64,000 bases of DNA from Spirochaetia bacterium (GTDB lineage Bacteria; Spirochaetota; Spirochaetia; DSM-2461): positions 1,696,001-1,760,000 of the forward strand of contig OY764216.1 of NCBI GenBank assembly GCA_963668315.1. The letters run 5' to 3'. The notes under the pieces were generated by a model. It did not search any database. It had not been told where the DNA came from and worked only from the letters and a program-made list of their open reading frames with translations. Shown piece by piece: positions 9,608-19,453 of the stretch. The stretch's first letter is position 1, and each line of letters opens with the position of its first letter. The position numbers and the translations under genes are program-made.

Positions 9608-10729
9608 ATGGAATGGGACAATATTGCTCGAGATCCTAGAACGGTGGAAAATTATACTTTTCTGAAAGACGTGGGAATTCTGGACTTCGTGGATAGCCAG
9701 AAGAGCGAAATCAAAGACATAAATGATCTTTTGGAAGAAGCTTATGTATTGTTCCAGAAAGAATCGATAGAGGAAATCGTCGAGTACATTCTGTGGAGGC
9801 TTTCCGATAAGTTCATTCTCTCCAGCGTTTACATCGTCCTCAATGAAGGCATAATGGTGGATAATATTAAAACCATTGCCTATCAGGGGATGCAGGCGGT
9901 GGAAAAGACCCTGGATATAAAATCCCTCCATCCCTTCGAAGAATTTTTCAGGAAATACACGGGGACGACCAGTTATCTGATTCTGAAAAGTGAAATGGAT
10001 GAAGAGTTCCTGGCCCCGCTGGAAACCTGTTTTCCCGAGATAATCGTTCCCATCCTGGGGATTTCCGGTCTGTACGGTGTCATTCTCTTCGGGGAGAAGA
10101 TCCTGGGAGAGGAATACAGTCCCAAAGAGATTACCTATCTGAACAGGCTCATGAAGTTTACTTCCATCAGCATTCAGAATTCCATCCATTACCATCAGTC
10201 GGTGAAGGATTCCAAAACCGGTCTGTACAACCACAACTTCTTTATGAGCCGTCTTAATGAGGAGATCGCCCGAAGTAAGCGAAGCCACTCCGTTTTTTCC
10301 GTCCTGATTATGGATATAGACAAGTTCAAGCATTTCAACGATACCTACGGCCATCTGGCGGGGGATGAGGTGATTCTCAAGCTGGCGGCGACGATTAAGG
10401 GAGCCATGAGGGAGTGTGACATCCTTTCCCGATTCGGAGGGGAGGAATTTACCATTCTCCTGCCCGATACGACGCCAGAACAATCCTGGGCGGCTTCCGA
10501 AAGGCTGAGAAAAGCTGTGGAGAACATGGAAACGCCCTATCAGGAACATATTTTGAAAGTCACCATAAGCATCGGTATCGCCTCCATACACCCCTATAGC
10601 CTGGGAACCGGCGAAGAGCTTATGAAAAGGGCCGACCAGGCGCTGTATCAGTCCAAGGAGAGGGGGAGAAACCGTTCCACCCATCACAGGTCGGGTCTTC
10701 TCCACCAGGCCCTGGATAAGGAAAATTAA
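9608..10729 (+). CDS. Sensor (GAF-like) diguanylate cyclase
   Basis: DIDKFKHFNDTYGH, RxxD I-site, RFGGEEF. Confidence 0.93.
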   Translation: MEWDNIARDPRTVENYTFLKDVGILDFVDSQKSEIKDINDLLEEAYVLFQKESIEEIVEYILWRLSDKFILSSVYIVLNEGIMVDNIKTIAYQGMQAVEKTLDIKSLHPFEEFFRKYTGTTSYLILKSEMDEEFLAPLETCFPEIIVPILGISGLYGVILFGEKILGEEYSPKEITYLNRLMKFTSISIQNSIHYHQSVKDSKTGLYNHNFFMSRLNEEIARSKRSHSVFSVLIMDIDKFKHFNDTYGHLAGDEVILKLAATIKGAMRECDILSRFGGEEFTILLPDTTPEQSWAASERLRKAVENMETPYQEHILKVTISIGIASIHPYSLGTGEELMKRADQALYQSKERGRNRSTHHRSGLLHQALDKEN

Positions 10730-12750
10730 CCGAGACCGTTCTCCCTGCGGTTCCTTCTTAGCAGATAAGAGAGGATTCCCACGATGATGTAGATGAGAGG
10801 AAGAAGGGTGAACAGGATGTCCCGGGCCTCTTTTTCCACACTATCGTAATCAAGTGTCACATCAAGGGATATTGTCTCTATGTCGGCTTTCCTATAGGCG
10901 TGGCTTGTAATGACCCCTCTGCTCTGCCAGGGTATAAGGGGGGACGCCCATTTCTCTTCCCGGGCTTTAAGTTTTTCTTCGGCCCCGATCTTATCCCTGA
11001 TTTCGTAGCTTTCATTTATTCCCGTAAAGGTGGTGAAGACGTATAAGGCCAGGTCATCTCTTCCTATCCTGTCAGGCCGCCTGTCAAAATCCGAATAATA
11101 CTCCACCAGGCGGATCCGGGGACGACCCTCAAAAAGCCGGGACTGGGCCTTTGTCAGCTCTTCATTCAGCCGGTCGGTCTGCTCCTGCAGGAACATCAGG
11201 GGAATCCGTTTAATCTGCCCCAGGAGGAACTCCCCCGTCATTCCCTCTTCACTTTCCGATACTTCGAGGGCCTTCTCCTTGAGAAGGCCTCCGGCGGGAT
11301 AGGGGATAAGCTCGAAATCCTCCACGCTCTCCACCCAGTTCAGGGCCTCGGCTATTTCCATAAGGACGGGGAAGCTGGCACTGTCTCCGAAGTCTCCGGC
11401 GAAATCTTTCAGCTCTTTTGTTCCCTCTCCGGCAGCGAGAGTCTCCAGCAGAAACATATAGGACTTATTGTTGTCGCTCAGCTCGTAGGAGGCGATATAG
11501 ATATAATCCTCCGTACGCTGAAGTTCCTCTATGAGGGCTATACGCTGGAGGAGGGGATCAAGGTCGAGTACCGGGAAGGGAGAATCGTCGGTGAGCAGAA
11601 TCGCTTCGTAGTTATCCAGGGGCAGATAGGCCGTTTCGGTTGTGAGGTTCACATACTGGCCCTCCCGGAAGGAAAAGGAGGAGATCTCATCCCATCCGCT
11701 GAAGTCCGAAGGAAGATCCCTGGTTTGTACGTAATTATACAGATGCCGGCATTTTAAGGGTATCTCCCCGGCGAAAAGAAGTATCAGAAGGGTTAGGAAG
11801 CTGAGGGAGGCAAAAAGAATAAAGCGGTGGGGCCTTCGGGTCGGGTTTTTCTCTTCCTCCTTCTCAACGGACAGGAAAGGCTCCATGGACAGGACCCGGA
11901 GCTGGTATCCGTCTGTACCCTGGGGATAGGCCTCAAGGCTTATCTCTTTGCCGGGAGAGAGGTCCTTTTCCCATCCCGATGGAAAGATAAGGCTGAATCT
12001 GTCCAGGCTGTAGGCCCCGGGAGCTCCGGCCAGGGGGCCCTTCACCCTTACCAGCTCCTTCCTGTGAATCGGGTATTTCAAGGGGTAGCGGTCGCTGAGG
12101 ATGAACAGCAGAAAAATTACCAGCGCCCCTGCCGCCGTTCCGATTCGGAGAGGAAGGGAGGGGAGGACGGCGGAGAGAACGGTCAGAGCCAGGAACAGCA
12201 GGATGGGAAGCCAGCGGTAATCCTTGAAGAGCCAGTCCTGCTCCCGGTCGCTGACCATACGGGAGCGGCTCAGGCTAAGGTTCTCACCGGTAAAGGATGC
12301 ATCCTTCTCCAAGGCGGTTTGAATCTTTTCCTCATCGATCAGGGAATAGCTTCCGTTCAGGGTAAGGATAAGGGCTCCCTTTTTTCTATGGGGGAGGATG
12401 ATTTCGGCCCGGTTATTGTCGGCCAGAAAGGTTTTGTGGCGGTTCTCCCACTGGACGACCACATCGCCCAGAGTATAAACGGTCTCTGTCTGGCTGTTAT
12501 TGGTTCGCAGGATCAGGGAGGTCAGCTCTCCCTCCAGGGCATAGACCTTCTCGCCGGAATCTATCGTTTCTCCATAGAGGGCCCGGACAGCCCGGCTTTC
12601 TTCGGGGCGGACGGTCCTGTGAAAGGGTGTATTTTCCACCACCTTCCGGGATATTTTCTTTTTATCCTTTTTCCCGCTGTAATAGGCGATTACATTGATG
12701 ATCGATACGGTAATGATAATAAGATATAGGACGAGTCTTAAGGTTCCCAT
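10726..12750 (-). CDS. IgaA/UmoB-like multi-pass membrane protein
   Basis: 5-TM topology with cytoplasmic motifs resembling IgaA/YrfF; SD AAGGAG before ATG at 12750. Confidence 0.65.
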   Translation of the reverse strand: MGTLRLVLYLIIITVSIINVIAYYSGKKDKKKISRKVVENTPFHRTVRPEESRAVRALYGETIDSGEKVYALEGELTSLILRTNNSQTETVYTLGDVVVQWENRHKTFLADNNRAEIILPHRKKGALILTLNGSYSLIDEEKIQTALEKDASFTGENLSLSRSRMVSDREQDWLFKDYRWLPILLFLALTVLSAVLPSLPLRIGTAAGALVIFLLFILSDRYPLKYPIHRKELVRVKGPLAGAPGAYSLDRFSLIFPSGWEKDLSPGKEISLEAYPQGTDGYQLRVLSMEPFLSVEKEEEKNPTRRPHRFILFASLSFLTLLILLFAGEIPLKCRHLYNYVQTRDLPSDFSGWDEISSFSFREGQYVNLTTETAYLPLDNYEAILLTDDSPFPVLDLDPLLQRIALIEELQRTEDYIYIASYELSDNNKSYMFLLETLAAGEGTKELKDFAGDFGDSASFPVLMEIAEALNWVESVEDFELIPYPAGGLLKEKALEVSESEEGMTGEFLLGQIKRIPLMFLQEQTDRLNEELTKAQSRLFEGRPRIRLVEYYSDFDRRPDRIGRDDLALYVFTTFTGINESYEIRDKIGAEEKLKAREEKWASPLIPWQSRGVITSHAYRKADIETISLDVTLDYDSVEKEARDILFTLLPLIYIIVGILSYLLRRNRRENGLG

Positions 12751-12937
12751 GGGCCGCTCCTTGATGCTGTATAGTTTTTCGGGAATCAAAACATACAGCA
12801 ACAATCCCCCATAATCCACTCTTATATAGATATTCTTCCCGCTTCAAGGGCATTTTTGTTTCTGGTGGATTTTCGGTTCCCTTTCAAGAGGGGGAAGCGG
12901 GGTTATGTTCCGGCGGAAAAAGCCCTATAATCACGCC

Positions 12938-15436
12938 ATGGCCGATGATCTTCCCGTAAAGCAAATTCTCCCAGTCCTCATTGAAACGCTCCGAACCGGC
13001 GGGACTGCCCTTCTGGAGGCTCCCCCCGGCGCCGGCAAATCCACTCTTGTTCCGCCCGCCCTTCTCAAGTCCGGTCTGGCGGGGAAGGGGAAAATCTATC
13101 TCCTCGAACCGCGCCGTCTGGCCGCCCGCTCTCTGGCCAGGTATATTTCCCGTGAACTGAACGACACGGTGGGAGGGCAGTGCGGCTACCGTGTTCACAG
13201 GGAAACGAAAGTCTCATCAAAAACTCGGATCGAAGTTGTCACAGAGGGTGTTCTGGTGCGCATGCTGCAGAGCGATCCGGCCCTGGAAGAGGGAAGTATC
13301 GTTCTTTTTGACGAGTTCCATGAGAGGAATATCCTGTCCGATCTGGCTTTGACTCTTCTTATGGAAGTGAGAGAAACTCTCAGGGACGATCTCATTCTTC
13401 TTTTCATGTCCGCCACGCCGGACTGCGAGGCTCTGGAGCGTATTCTTCCCGGCCTTCCCCTCATCCGCTCGGAGGGGCGTCAGTTTCCGGTGGAAAAGAT
13501 CTACCGGCCCATGAAGGGAACTGGCGCCGCCGGCTCCTTGAGGCTGGGAGCGGCTCCTCTGGATACGGTGAGGGAAGCCCTGGAGAAAACGGGGGGAGAC
13601 ATACTGGTCTTTCTCCCCGGCGAGAGGGAGATTTCCCGCTGGCAGGGAGAACTATCCCGCGAATTCGGGAGCGGGGCTTCCCCGGCGGAGGTGCTCGCCC
13701 TTTACGGACGTTTGTCTCTGGACCGGCAAAGCCGGATCATCACCCCCGATCCGGCACGGAGAGGGAGAAGGATTATTCTGTCCACGGACATTGCCGAGAC
13801 CAGTCTGACCATTCCGGGAATCACCGCCGTTATCGATACGGGATTGACCCGGCGGCCGCTCTATAATCCGTCCACCGGCCTCACCCTGCTGACCACCGAG
13901 GAGATCTCCCTCGCTTCGGCGGAGCAGCGGGCCGGCCGCGCGGGAAGAACCGCCCCCGGCGTGTGTTTTCGCCTGTGGGAGCCGGCCGGAGAGAGGGGAT
14001 GGGACAGGCAGACTCCCCCCGAAATACTCCAGGCCGATCTGACGCCCCTGGTCCTTGAAAGGGCCTTGTGGGGCAGTCCCGATCCTTCCGACGCCGCCTG
14101 GCTGACCCCTCCCCCCGAGGGAGCCTGGAAAGGGGCGGCGGATCTTCTTATCCTCCTGGGAGCTCTGGACGGGGAGAGGCGGATTACCCCTAAAGGCAGG
14201 GAGATGGCCTCCCTGCCGGTCCATCCCCGTTTGGCGGCTCTGCTGCTTTTCGGAAAGGAGAAGGGCCTCTTCGGGGAAGCGGCTCTCCTGGCCGCGTTTC
14301 TGGGAGAGAGGGATTTTCTGCCTACCTCCGCCGGGGGGGATATCTTCCTCAGGCTGGATTATCTGACCGGCGGGCGGGCCTCCGGTGAGTATGCCCGTGC
14401 GGTTGGGGGGATAAGAGATGAAGCCGGTCATCTGATGGGGCTGCTCGGGAAAGAGGGTTTTACCTATAAGGGGCTTTACCAATCCATCCTTACCGAGGGA
14501 GCTTCTCTGGTGGCTCAGGCCTATCCGGACAGAATCGGCCTCCAGACGGGAGAAGCGGTTTACCAGCTCTCGGGAGGGGGACGCGTTATCCTTGATGCCG
14601 CCGATCCCCTGGCCGTGCATCCCATGCTCGTCGCCGCCCATTGCGGGGGGCACCGGGACAGGCAGAGGCTTTTTCTGGGAATGCCCCTGGACAGGAAGGA
14701 AGCGGAGGAAATTTTCGCAGACAGGATTATCCGGGAATCCCATGGGAGATGGGATCGGAATACATCCCGGCTGCGCTGTGAAATCCGCCGCCGGCTGGGG
14801 CAGATAACCCTTTCCGTCACGGCGGAGAAGAGTCCCGGTTCCGGGGAGGCCGGCCGGATTCTCGGCGAGGCCATCCGTTCCGAAGGACTGAGCATTCTAC
14901 CCTGGGACAGGGAGAGCCGCCGGTTGTATGATCGGATGGTGTTCACGGCGGCCCAGCGGGGGGACGACTGGCCCGATCTGGCCGATGAGGCCCTGGGGGA
15001 CAGGGCGGGGGAGTGGCTCGTTCCCTTTCTGGACAGGGGAGGTCTGAAAGGCTCTCTGGTTCAGCCCCTTCTCTCCCTGCTGACATGGGAACAGCAGCAG
15101 GATCTGGATAGGACGGCGCCCGACTCCTATCAGACAGCCCTGGGAAACAGGCGCAGAATCGACTATTCCGAGAGAGAGCCCTTTCTGCCGGTACCGCTTC
15201 AGGAAATGTACGGTACCACCGAGTCGCCCCGCCTGGGGAATCACCCCCTGACTCTGCATCTGCTCAATCCCGCCGGCCGCCCCGTTCAGGTCACCTCCGA
15301 CTTGAAAAGTTTCTGGGCGGGCAGCTGGGCCCAGGTCAGGAGTGAGCTGAAGGGGCGCTATCCCAAGCATTTCTGGCCCGAGAATCCCGCCGAAGCTGTC
15401 CCCTCCCTGAAAACGGGAAAGAACCGTCCCGAGTGA
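12938..15436 (+). CDS. hrpB: ATP-dependent RNA helicase HrpB
   Basis: APPGAGKST, DEFHER, MSAT, QRAGRAGR, C-terminal GRYPKHFWP. Confidence 0.96.
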   Translation: MADDLPVKQILPVLIETLRTGGTALLEAPPGAGKSTLVPPALLKSGLAGKGKIYLLEPRRLAARSLARYISRELNDTVGGQCGYRVHRETKVSSKTRIEVVTEGVLVRMLQSDPALEEGSIVLFDEFHERNILSDLALTLLMEVRETLRDDLILLFMSATPDCEALERILPGLPLIRSEGRQFPVEKIYRPMKGTGAAGSLRLGAAPLDTVREALEKTGGDILVFLPGEREISRWQGELSREFGSGASPAEVLALYGRLSLDRQSRIITPDPARRGRRIILSTDIAETSLTIPGITAVIDTGLTRRPLYNPSTGLTLLTTEEISLASAEQRAGRAGRTAPGVCFRLWEPAGERGWDRQTPPEILQADLTPLVLERALWGSPDPSDAAWLTPPPEGAWKGAADLLILLGALDGERRITPKGREMASLPVHPRLAALLLFGKEKGLFGEAALLAAFLGERDFLPTSAGGDIFLRLDYLTGGRASGEYARAVGGIRDEAGHLMGLLGKEGFTYKGLYQSILTEGASLVAQAYPDRIGLQTGEAVYQLSGGGRVILDAADPLAVHPMLVAAHCGGHRDRQRLFLGMPLDRKEAEEIFADRIIRESHGRWDRNTSRLRCEIRRRLGQITLSVTAEKSPGSGEAGRILGEAIRSEGLSILPWDRESRRLYDRMVFTAAQRGDDWPDLADEALGDRAGEWLVPFLDRGGLKGSLVQPLLSLLTWEQQQDLDRTAPDSYQTALGNRRRIDYSEREPFLPVPLQEMYGTTESPRLGNHPLTLHLLNPAGRPVQVTSDLKSFWAGSWAQVRSELKGRYPKHFWPENPAEAVPSLKTGKNRPE

Positions 15437-15489
15437 GGGCTGTCCCTTCGGCTTGACATTTTTCCAGGCTGCGAAGATGATAGAGATTC

Positions 15490-16719
15490 ATGGCAGAGAT
15501 GAAGGGAAAAAAGGAAAATCTATTCAGGGAACTCTCGCAGAGCGAAAAGATTCTGCTCCCCGTTGATACTCTCAGACAGGGGGTGGACGGGATTTTCGAC
15601 ACCCTGAAGAATACCGTTTTTCTTCTGGTCGCCATTCAGTTCTATCACGCGGGAGATCACTGGAATTCACTTATCAGCGCCGCCGTGGCGGGCGGGATGC
15701 TGGCGGCTATCTTCCTTACCCCCTTTCTGGAAAAGAGATTCTTCCCCCGCACTATCCTGGTGGTGTCGACCTTTCTCATGGCCCTTTCTCTGCTGGTTCC
15801 CCTTGCCGTTCCGGGAGAAGAGGCCTACGCCCTGGGGATTTCTTTCTGTCTTTTCCTCACTTCCCTCAGGATCCCCTTTTTTACCGGCTATTACAGTGAG
15901 TGCTACCGGGCGGACAGAATGGCCCGTCTCATGTCCGTGGGGACGCTGATCATGTTTCTCCTCGCTACCGGCTCAAGCTGGCTTTTCGGTCATATGCTGG
16001 AGCAGAATTTAAGGGCCTACCGCTCTATTCTGATTCTGAGCGCGCTGCTTATCATGGCCAACGGCTTTTTTCTCATGAAACTTCCCGCGGGAAATGAGCC
16101 GGCCGCCGGGAAACTGCCTTTCTGGGAGAATCTCAAGCTTATCTGGCAGGACCCCCGGTTCGGCATAGCCTCTCTCAGTTGGATGGTTCTTGGCTTCGCC
16201 AATCTCTGGTCCACCCCTATCCGGACCGTTTTTCTTTCCGATCCCGAAAGGGGGCTGGGACTTGATCCTATGACCGTACTCCTGATCCTGGGGATCATTC
16301 CCGGAATTGTCCGCCTTTTAAGCAATTTTTTCTGGGCCCGTTTTTATGACAAAGCTCCCTTTGTCGTCATGCGTATGGCTATGAATATAATCATCGGTCT
16401 GGGGTTTTTCTTTTTCTTCATCAGCAGGAATCTCTGGATCATCGGACTGGGATCGATTCTTATCTATATGTCCCTGGCCGGAGCACCCTTTGTCTGGAAT
16501 CTTTGGGTGATGAGGCTGGCCCCTGCGGGAGAGGCCAGACGCTATATGTCGGTCCATTCGTTCCTCTGCGGAATACGGGGACTGGCCGGTCCCCCTCTGG
16601 CCTTTCTTTTTATCCAGAGCCATGACATCAGGGAAATCGGCATGATCTCAGTCGTCCTGGCTTTTCTGTCCGTCATTATTCTGCTGCCCCTGCTGCTCGT
16701 ACAAAAATACCGGTTTTAA
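15490..16719 (+). CDS. MFS transporter
   Basis: About 12 hydrophobic segments in 409 aa. Confidence 0.85.
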   Translation: MAEMKGKKENLFRELSQSEKILLPVDTLRQGVDGIFDTLKNTVFLLVAIQFYHAGDHWNSLISAAVAGGMLAAIFLTPFLEKRFFPRTILVVSTFLMALSLLVPLAVPGEEAYALGISFCLFLTSLRIPFFTGYYSECYRADRMARLMSVGTLIMFLLATGSSWLFGHMLEQNLRAYRSILILSALLIMANGFFLMKLPAGNEPAAGKLPFWENLKLIWQDPRFGIASLSWMVLGFANLWSTPIRTVFLSDPERGLGLDPMTVLLILGIIPGIVRLLSNFFWARFYDKAPFVVMRMAMNIIIGLGFFFFFISRNLWIIGLGSILIYMSLAGAPFVWNLWVMRLAPAGEARRYMSVHSFLCGIRGLAGPPLAFLFIQSHDIREIGMISVVLAFLSVIILLPLLLVQKYRF

Positions 16720-16731
16720 TAAGGAGAACCT

Positions 16732-16968
16732 ATGCCCCATATCGTAGTGAAAATGTATCCCGGACGCACGGAAGAACAGAAAAGCGCTTTCACCGAGAAG
16801 ATTGTCGAATGCGCCCTGAAAGAGCTTCAGTGCAGGAGAGACGCTCTTTCGGTAGCCATTGAGGAGATATCCCCCGAAGAGTGGATGGACCGTGTCTACG
16901 CACCCGAAATAGAGGGAAAAGCAGAGACCCTGACAAAGAAGCCCGGTTACGGATCGCTGGCTGAATAG
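16732..16968 (+). CDS. 4-oxalocrotonate tautomerase family protein (PptA-like)
   Basis: N-terminal Pro, GRTEEQK, C-terminal KKPGY. Confidence 0.9.
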   Translation: MPHIVVKMYPGRTEEQKSAFTEKIVECALKELQCRRDALSVAIEEISPEEWMDRVYAPEIEGKAETLTKKPGYGSLAE

Positions 16969-16979
16969 TATAGGGTATA

Positions 16980-17504
16980 TCAGCCGATGATGGCGCCCCG
17001 GCTCTCCTTCATTTGAAAGATCGTGTCGATAAGTCCTTCATGGTAGGGGACGAAGAGGCTTTCGTTGCGCATACCATGGATCTCTTCGCGGGAAGCCCAT
17101 CGGACATCTTTTACCTCTTCTTCCTGAAGATCCAGCTCGTCAAGGTTCAGAGCCCTGTCAATAACAAGGTAGAAGTCGTCGAAGCCCTGCTCGAAGTTGA
17201 CCGTAAGATGGGGACGGAGACCGTTCATATCCTTTCGGTAGCCAATCTCCTCCCGCGCTTCCCTGACGGCGGCCTGCAGGCTGGATTCTCCCGCCAAGGC
17301 GCTTCCCCCCACGCTTAGATCCCACATTCCGGGCCACCCCTCCTTGAACGTCTGACGCTGCTGGATCAGGAGTTCTCCCCGCCCGTTGAACAGGCAGACA
17401 TGAACAACGAGATGGAACTCCCCCGGTTGAAATTCCGTCCCCCGAGTCTTGGTCTTTCCCGTCTTTTGCCGTGTGCTGTCATAAATATCCCAAAGTTCTG
17501 TCAT
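16980..17504 (-). CDS. NUDIX hydrolase (IPP isomerase-like)
   Basis: Nudix box GGSALAGESSLQAAVREAREEIG. Confidence 0.92.
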   Translation of the reverse strand: MTELWDIYDSTRQKTGKTKTRGTEFQPGEFHLVVHVCLFNGRGELLIQQRQTFKEGWPGMWDLSVGGSALAGESSLQAAVREAREEIGYRKDMNGLRPHLTVNFEQGFDDFYLVIDRALNLDELDLQEEEVKDVRWASREEIHGMRNESLFVPYHEGLIDTIFQMKESRGAIIG

Positions 17505-17611
17505 TATCTTCCGCCCCTGTTTTTCAGTTGTCCATTATAGCCCGGAGGAATATATCGGGCAATTCTCTCGGGCAAATTCCTCCGCGAACCGCAGTTCTCA
17601 TGATGTTTTTC

Positions 17612-17664
17612 TTGACAACTATTCAGATCTTGCCTTAGAATATTGATGCGTGAACGGTAACGCA
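17612..17664 (+). promoter_or_regulatory. Sigma-70 promoter and LacI-type operator of araB
   Basis: TTGACA-N18-TAGAAT, then palindrome TGCGTGAACGGTAACGCA (17647-17664). Confidence 0.7.
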
Positions 17665-17722
17665 GACGGTTTACCGATTATAATAAACTCAGAACTTTCA
17701 GCTGAGGAGCGGGAGCAGAGCT

Positions 17723-19366
17723 TTGGAAAAGAATTATGTTATAGGAATAGATTACGGTTCCGATTCGGTAAGGGCCCTGCTTCTTGACAGTGCCGACGGG
17801 CGCGAACTGGGAGAATCGGTTTTCTATTACCCCCGCTGGATGGAGGGGCAATACTGCGATCCCGGAAAGAACCAGTTCAGACAGCATCCCGGCGACTATC
17901 TGGACGGCCTGGAATATACCGTAAAGGATGTTCTCGGACAGGCGGCCGGATCGGCAGAATATGTGCGCGGCATCGCCGTGGATACGACGGGCACGACCCT
18001 CTGCGCCGTGGACAGAGAGGGGACGCCCCTGGTTTTCAAGGAGAAATGGAAGGACAATCCCCACGCCATGTTCGTTCTCTGGAAAGATCATACGGCCATC
18101 AAGGAAGCGGCCGAAATCAATGCCCTCATAGAAGGGGGCGCCTTCGATGACTATACGCGCTATACCGGCGGGGTTTACTCCTCCGAATGGCTATGGGCCA
18201 AGATCCTTCATCTCCTCAGGGAAGAGGAGGACTTGAGAAAGGAAGCCTACTCCTGGGTGGAGCATTGCGACTGGATTCCCGCCGTTCTGACGGGGAATAC
18301 CAGGCCGGAGTCGATGTACCGCTCCCGCTGCGCGGCCGGACATAAGGCAGCATGGCATGAGGAATTCGGCGGGCTGCCGTCGGAGGAGTTCCTCTCCGCC
18401 GTGGATCCCCTTCTCGCCGGCGTGCGTGCAAGATTATACGAAAGGACGGAAACGGCGGAGAAACGGGCCGGTTTCCTCTGCCCCGAATGGGCGGAAAAAC
18501 TCGGTCTGAGTACCGGTGTGGTCATAGGGGGCAGCGCTTTCGACTGCCATATGGGAGCTGTCGGAGGGGGAATCCGCCCCTTCGATCTCTGCAAGGTTGT
18601 CGGAACGTCCACCTGCGATATCATGGTGTCTCCCTACGATTTTATGAAAGACCGCGCGGTGGGAGGCATCTGCGGCCAGGTCGACGGTTCCGTTCTGCCC
18701 GGCATGGTGGGACTGGAAGCCGGTCAGGCCGCCTTCGGCGATATCTATGCCTGGTTCAAGAGGATTCTTCTCTGGCCGCTGGAAGAGTTCCTCGATGACG
18801 ACGAGCAGAAAAAGGCCATCCGAAAGAAACTGCTTCCCCGGATCGAGGAAGTAGCCTCCGGACTGCCGCCCGAGGAAAATCTGGTGGCCCTGGACTGGAT
18901 GAACGGCCGCCGGACTCCCTGGACCGATCAGAGTCTCCAGGGAGTTGTGGCGGGGATCAACCTGGGGACCGATGCGCCTCGGTTCTACCGGTCTCTGGTG
19001 GAGGCCACGGCTTTCGGCGCCCGGAAAATCATGGAGCGTTTCATGGAGGAGGGCATGGAGATCCGCAGGGTCATTGCCATCGGTGGGGTTGCCAAAAAGT
19101 CGTCCTTTGTCATGCAGATTCTCTCAGATGTGATGAACAGGCCCATTCTGGTGGCCGAATCGCTTCAGGCTGTAGCCCTCGGATCGGGCATGTTCGCCGC
19201 CGTGGCGGCCGGGATTTACGGAACGCTGGAAGAGGCCCAGAAGGCCATGGGGTGCGGGTTCGCCGCCCGTTATGAGCCTCGGCCGGATTGGACGGACCAT
19301 TATCAAAAAATGTTTTGTAAATATGAAAAACTAAGCCGATTGCTGGACGAAAAGTACTTTCACTAG
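17723..19366 (+). CDS. araB: Ribulokinase
   Basis: IGIDYGSDSVRA, VLWKDHTA, GTSTCD, GICGQV; TTG start. Confidence 0.92.
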   Translation: MEKNYVIGIDYGSDSVRALLLDSADGRELGESVFYYPRWMEGQYCDPGKNQFRQHPGDYLDGLEYTVKDVLGQAAGSAEYVRGIAVDTTGTTLCAVDREGTPLVFKEKWKDNPHAMFVLWKDHTAIKEAAEINALIEGGAFDDYTRYTGGVYSSEWLWAKILHLLREEEDLRKEAYSWVEHCDWIPAVLTGNTRPESMYRSRCAAGHKAAWHEEFGGLPSEEFLSAVDPLLAGVRARLYERTETAEKRAGFLCPEWAEKLGLSTGVVIGGSAFDCHMGAVGGGIRPFDLCKVVGTSTCDIMVSPYDFMKDRAVGGICGQVDGSVLPGMVGLEAGQAAFGDIYAWFKRILLWPLEEFLDDDEQKKAIRKKLLPRIEEVASGLPPEENLVALDWMNGRRTPWTDQSLQGVVAGINLGTDAPRFYRSLVEATAFGARKIMERFMEEGMEIRRVIAIGGVAKKSSFVMQILSDVMNRPILVAESLQAVALGSGMFAAVAAGIYGTLEEAQKAMGCGFAARYEPRPDWTDHYQKMFCKYEKLSRLLDEKYFH

Positions 19367-19384
19367 GGATATACCGATTTAAAT

Positions 19385-19430
19385 TTGACATAATCGGGTA
19401 GGAATATTACAATGCGTTATCGAACACGCG
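19385..19430 (+). promoter_or_regulatory. Sigma-70 promoter and second copy of the same operator
   Basis: TTGACA-N17-TACAAT; TGCGTTATCGAACACGCG matches the reverse complement of the araB site at 14/18. Confidence 0.72.
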
Positions 19431-19453
19431 ATTTAGGACAAAGGGGAAAAATC

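Noticed and set aside
9590..10705. 371-aa minus-strand ORF
   Set aside because: Antisense to the diguanylate cyclase gene
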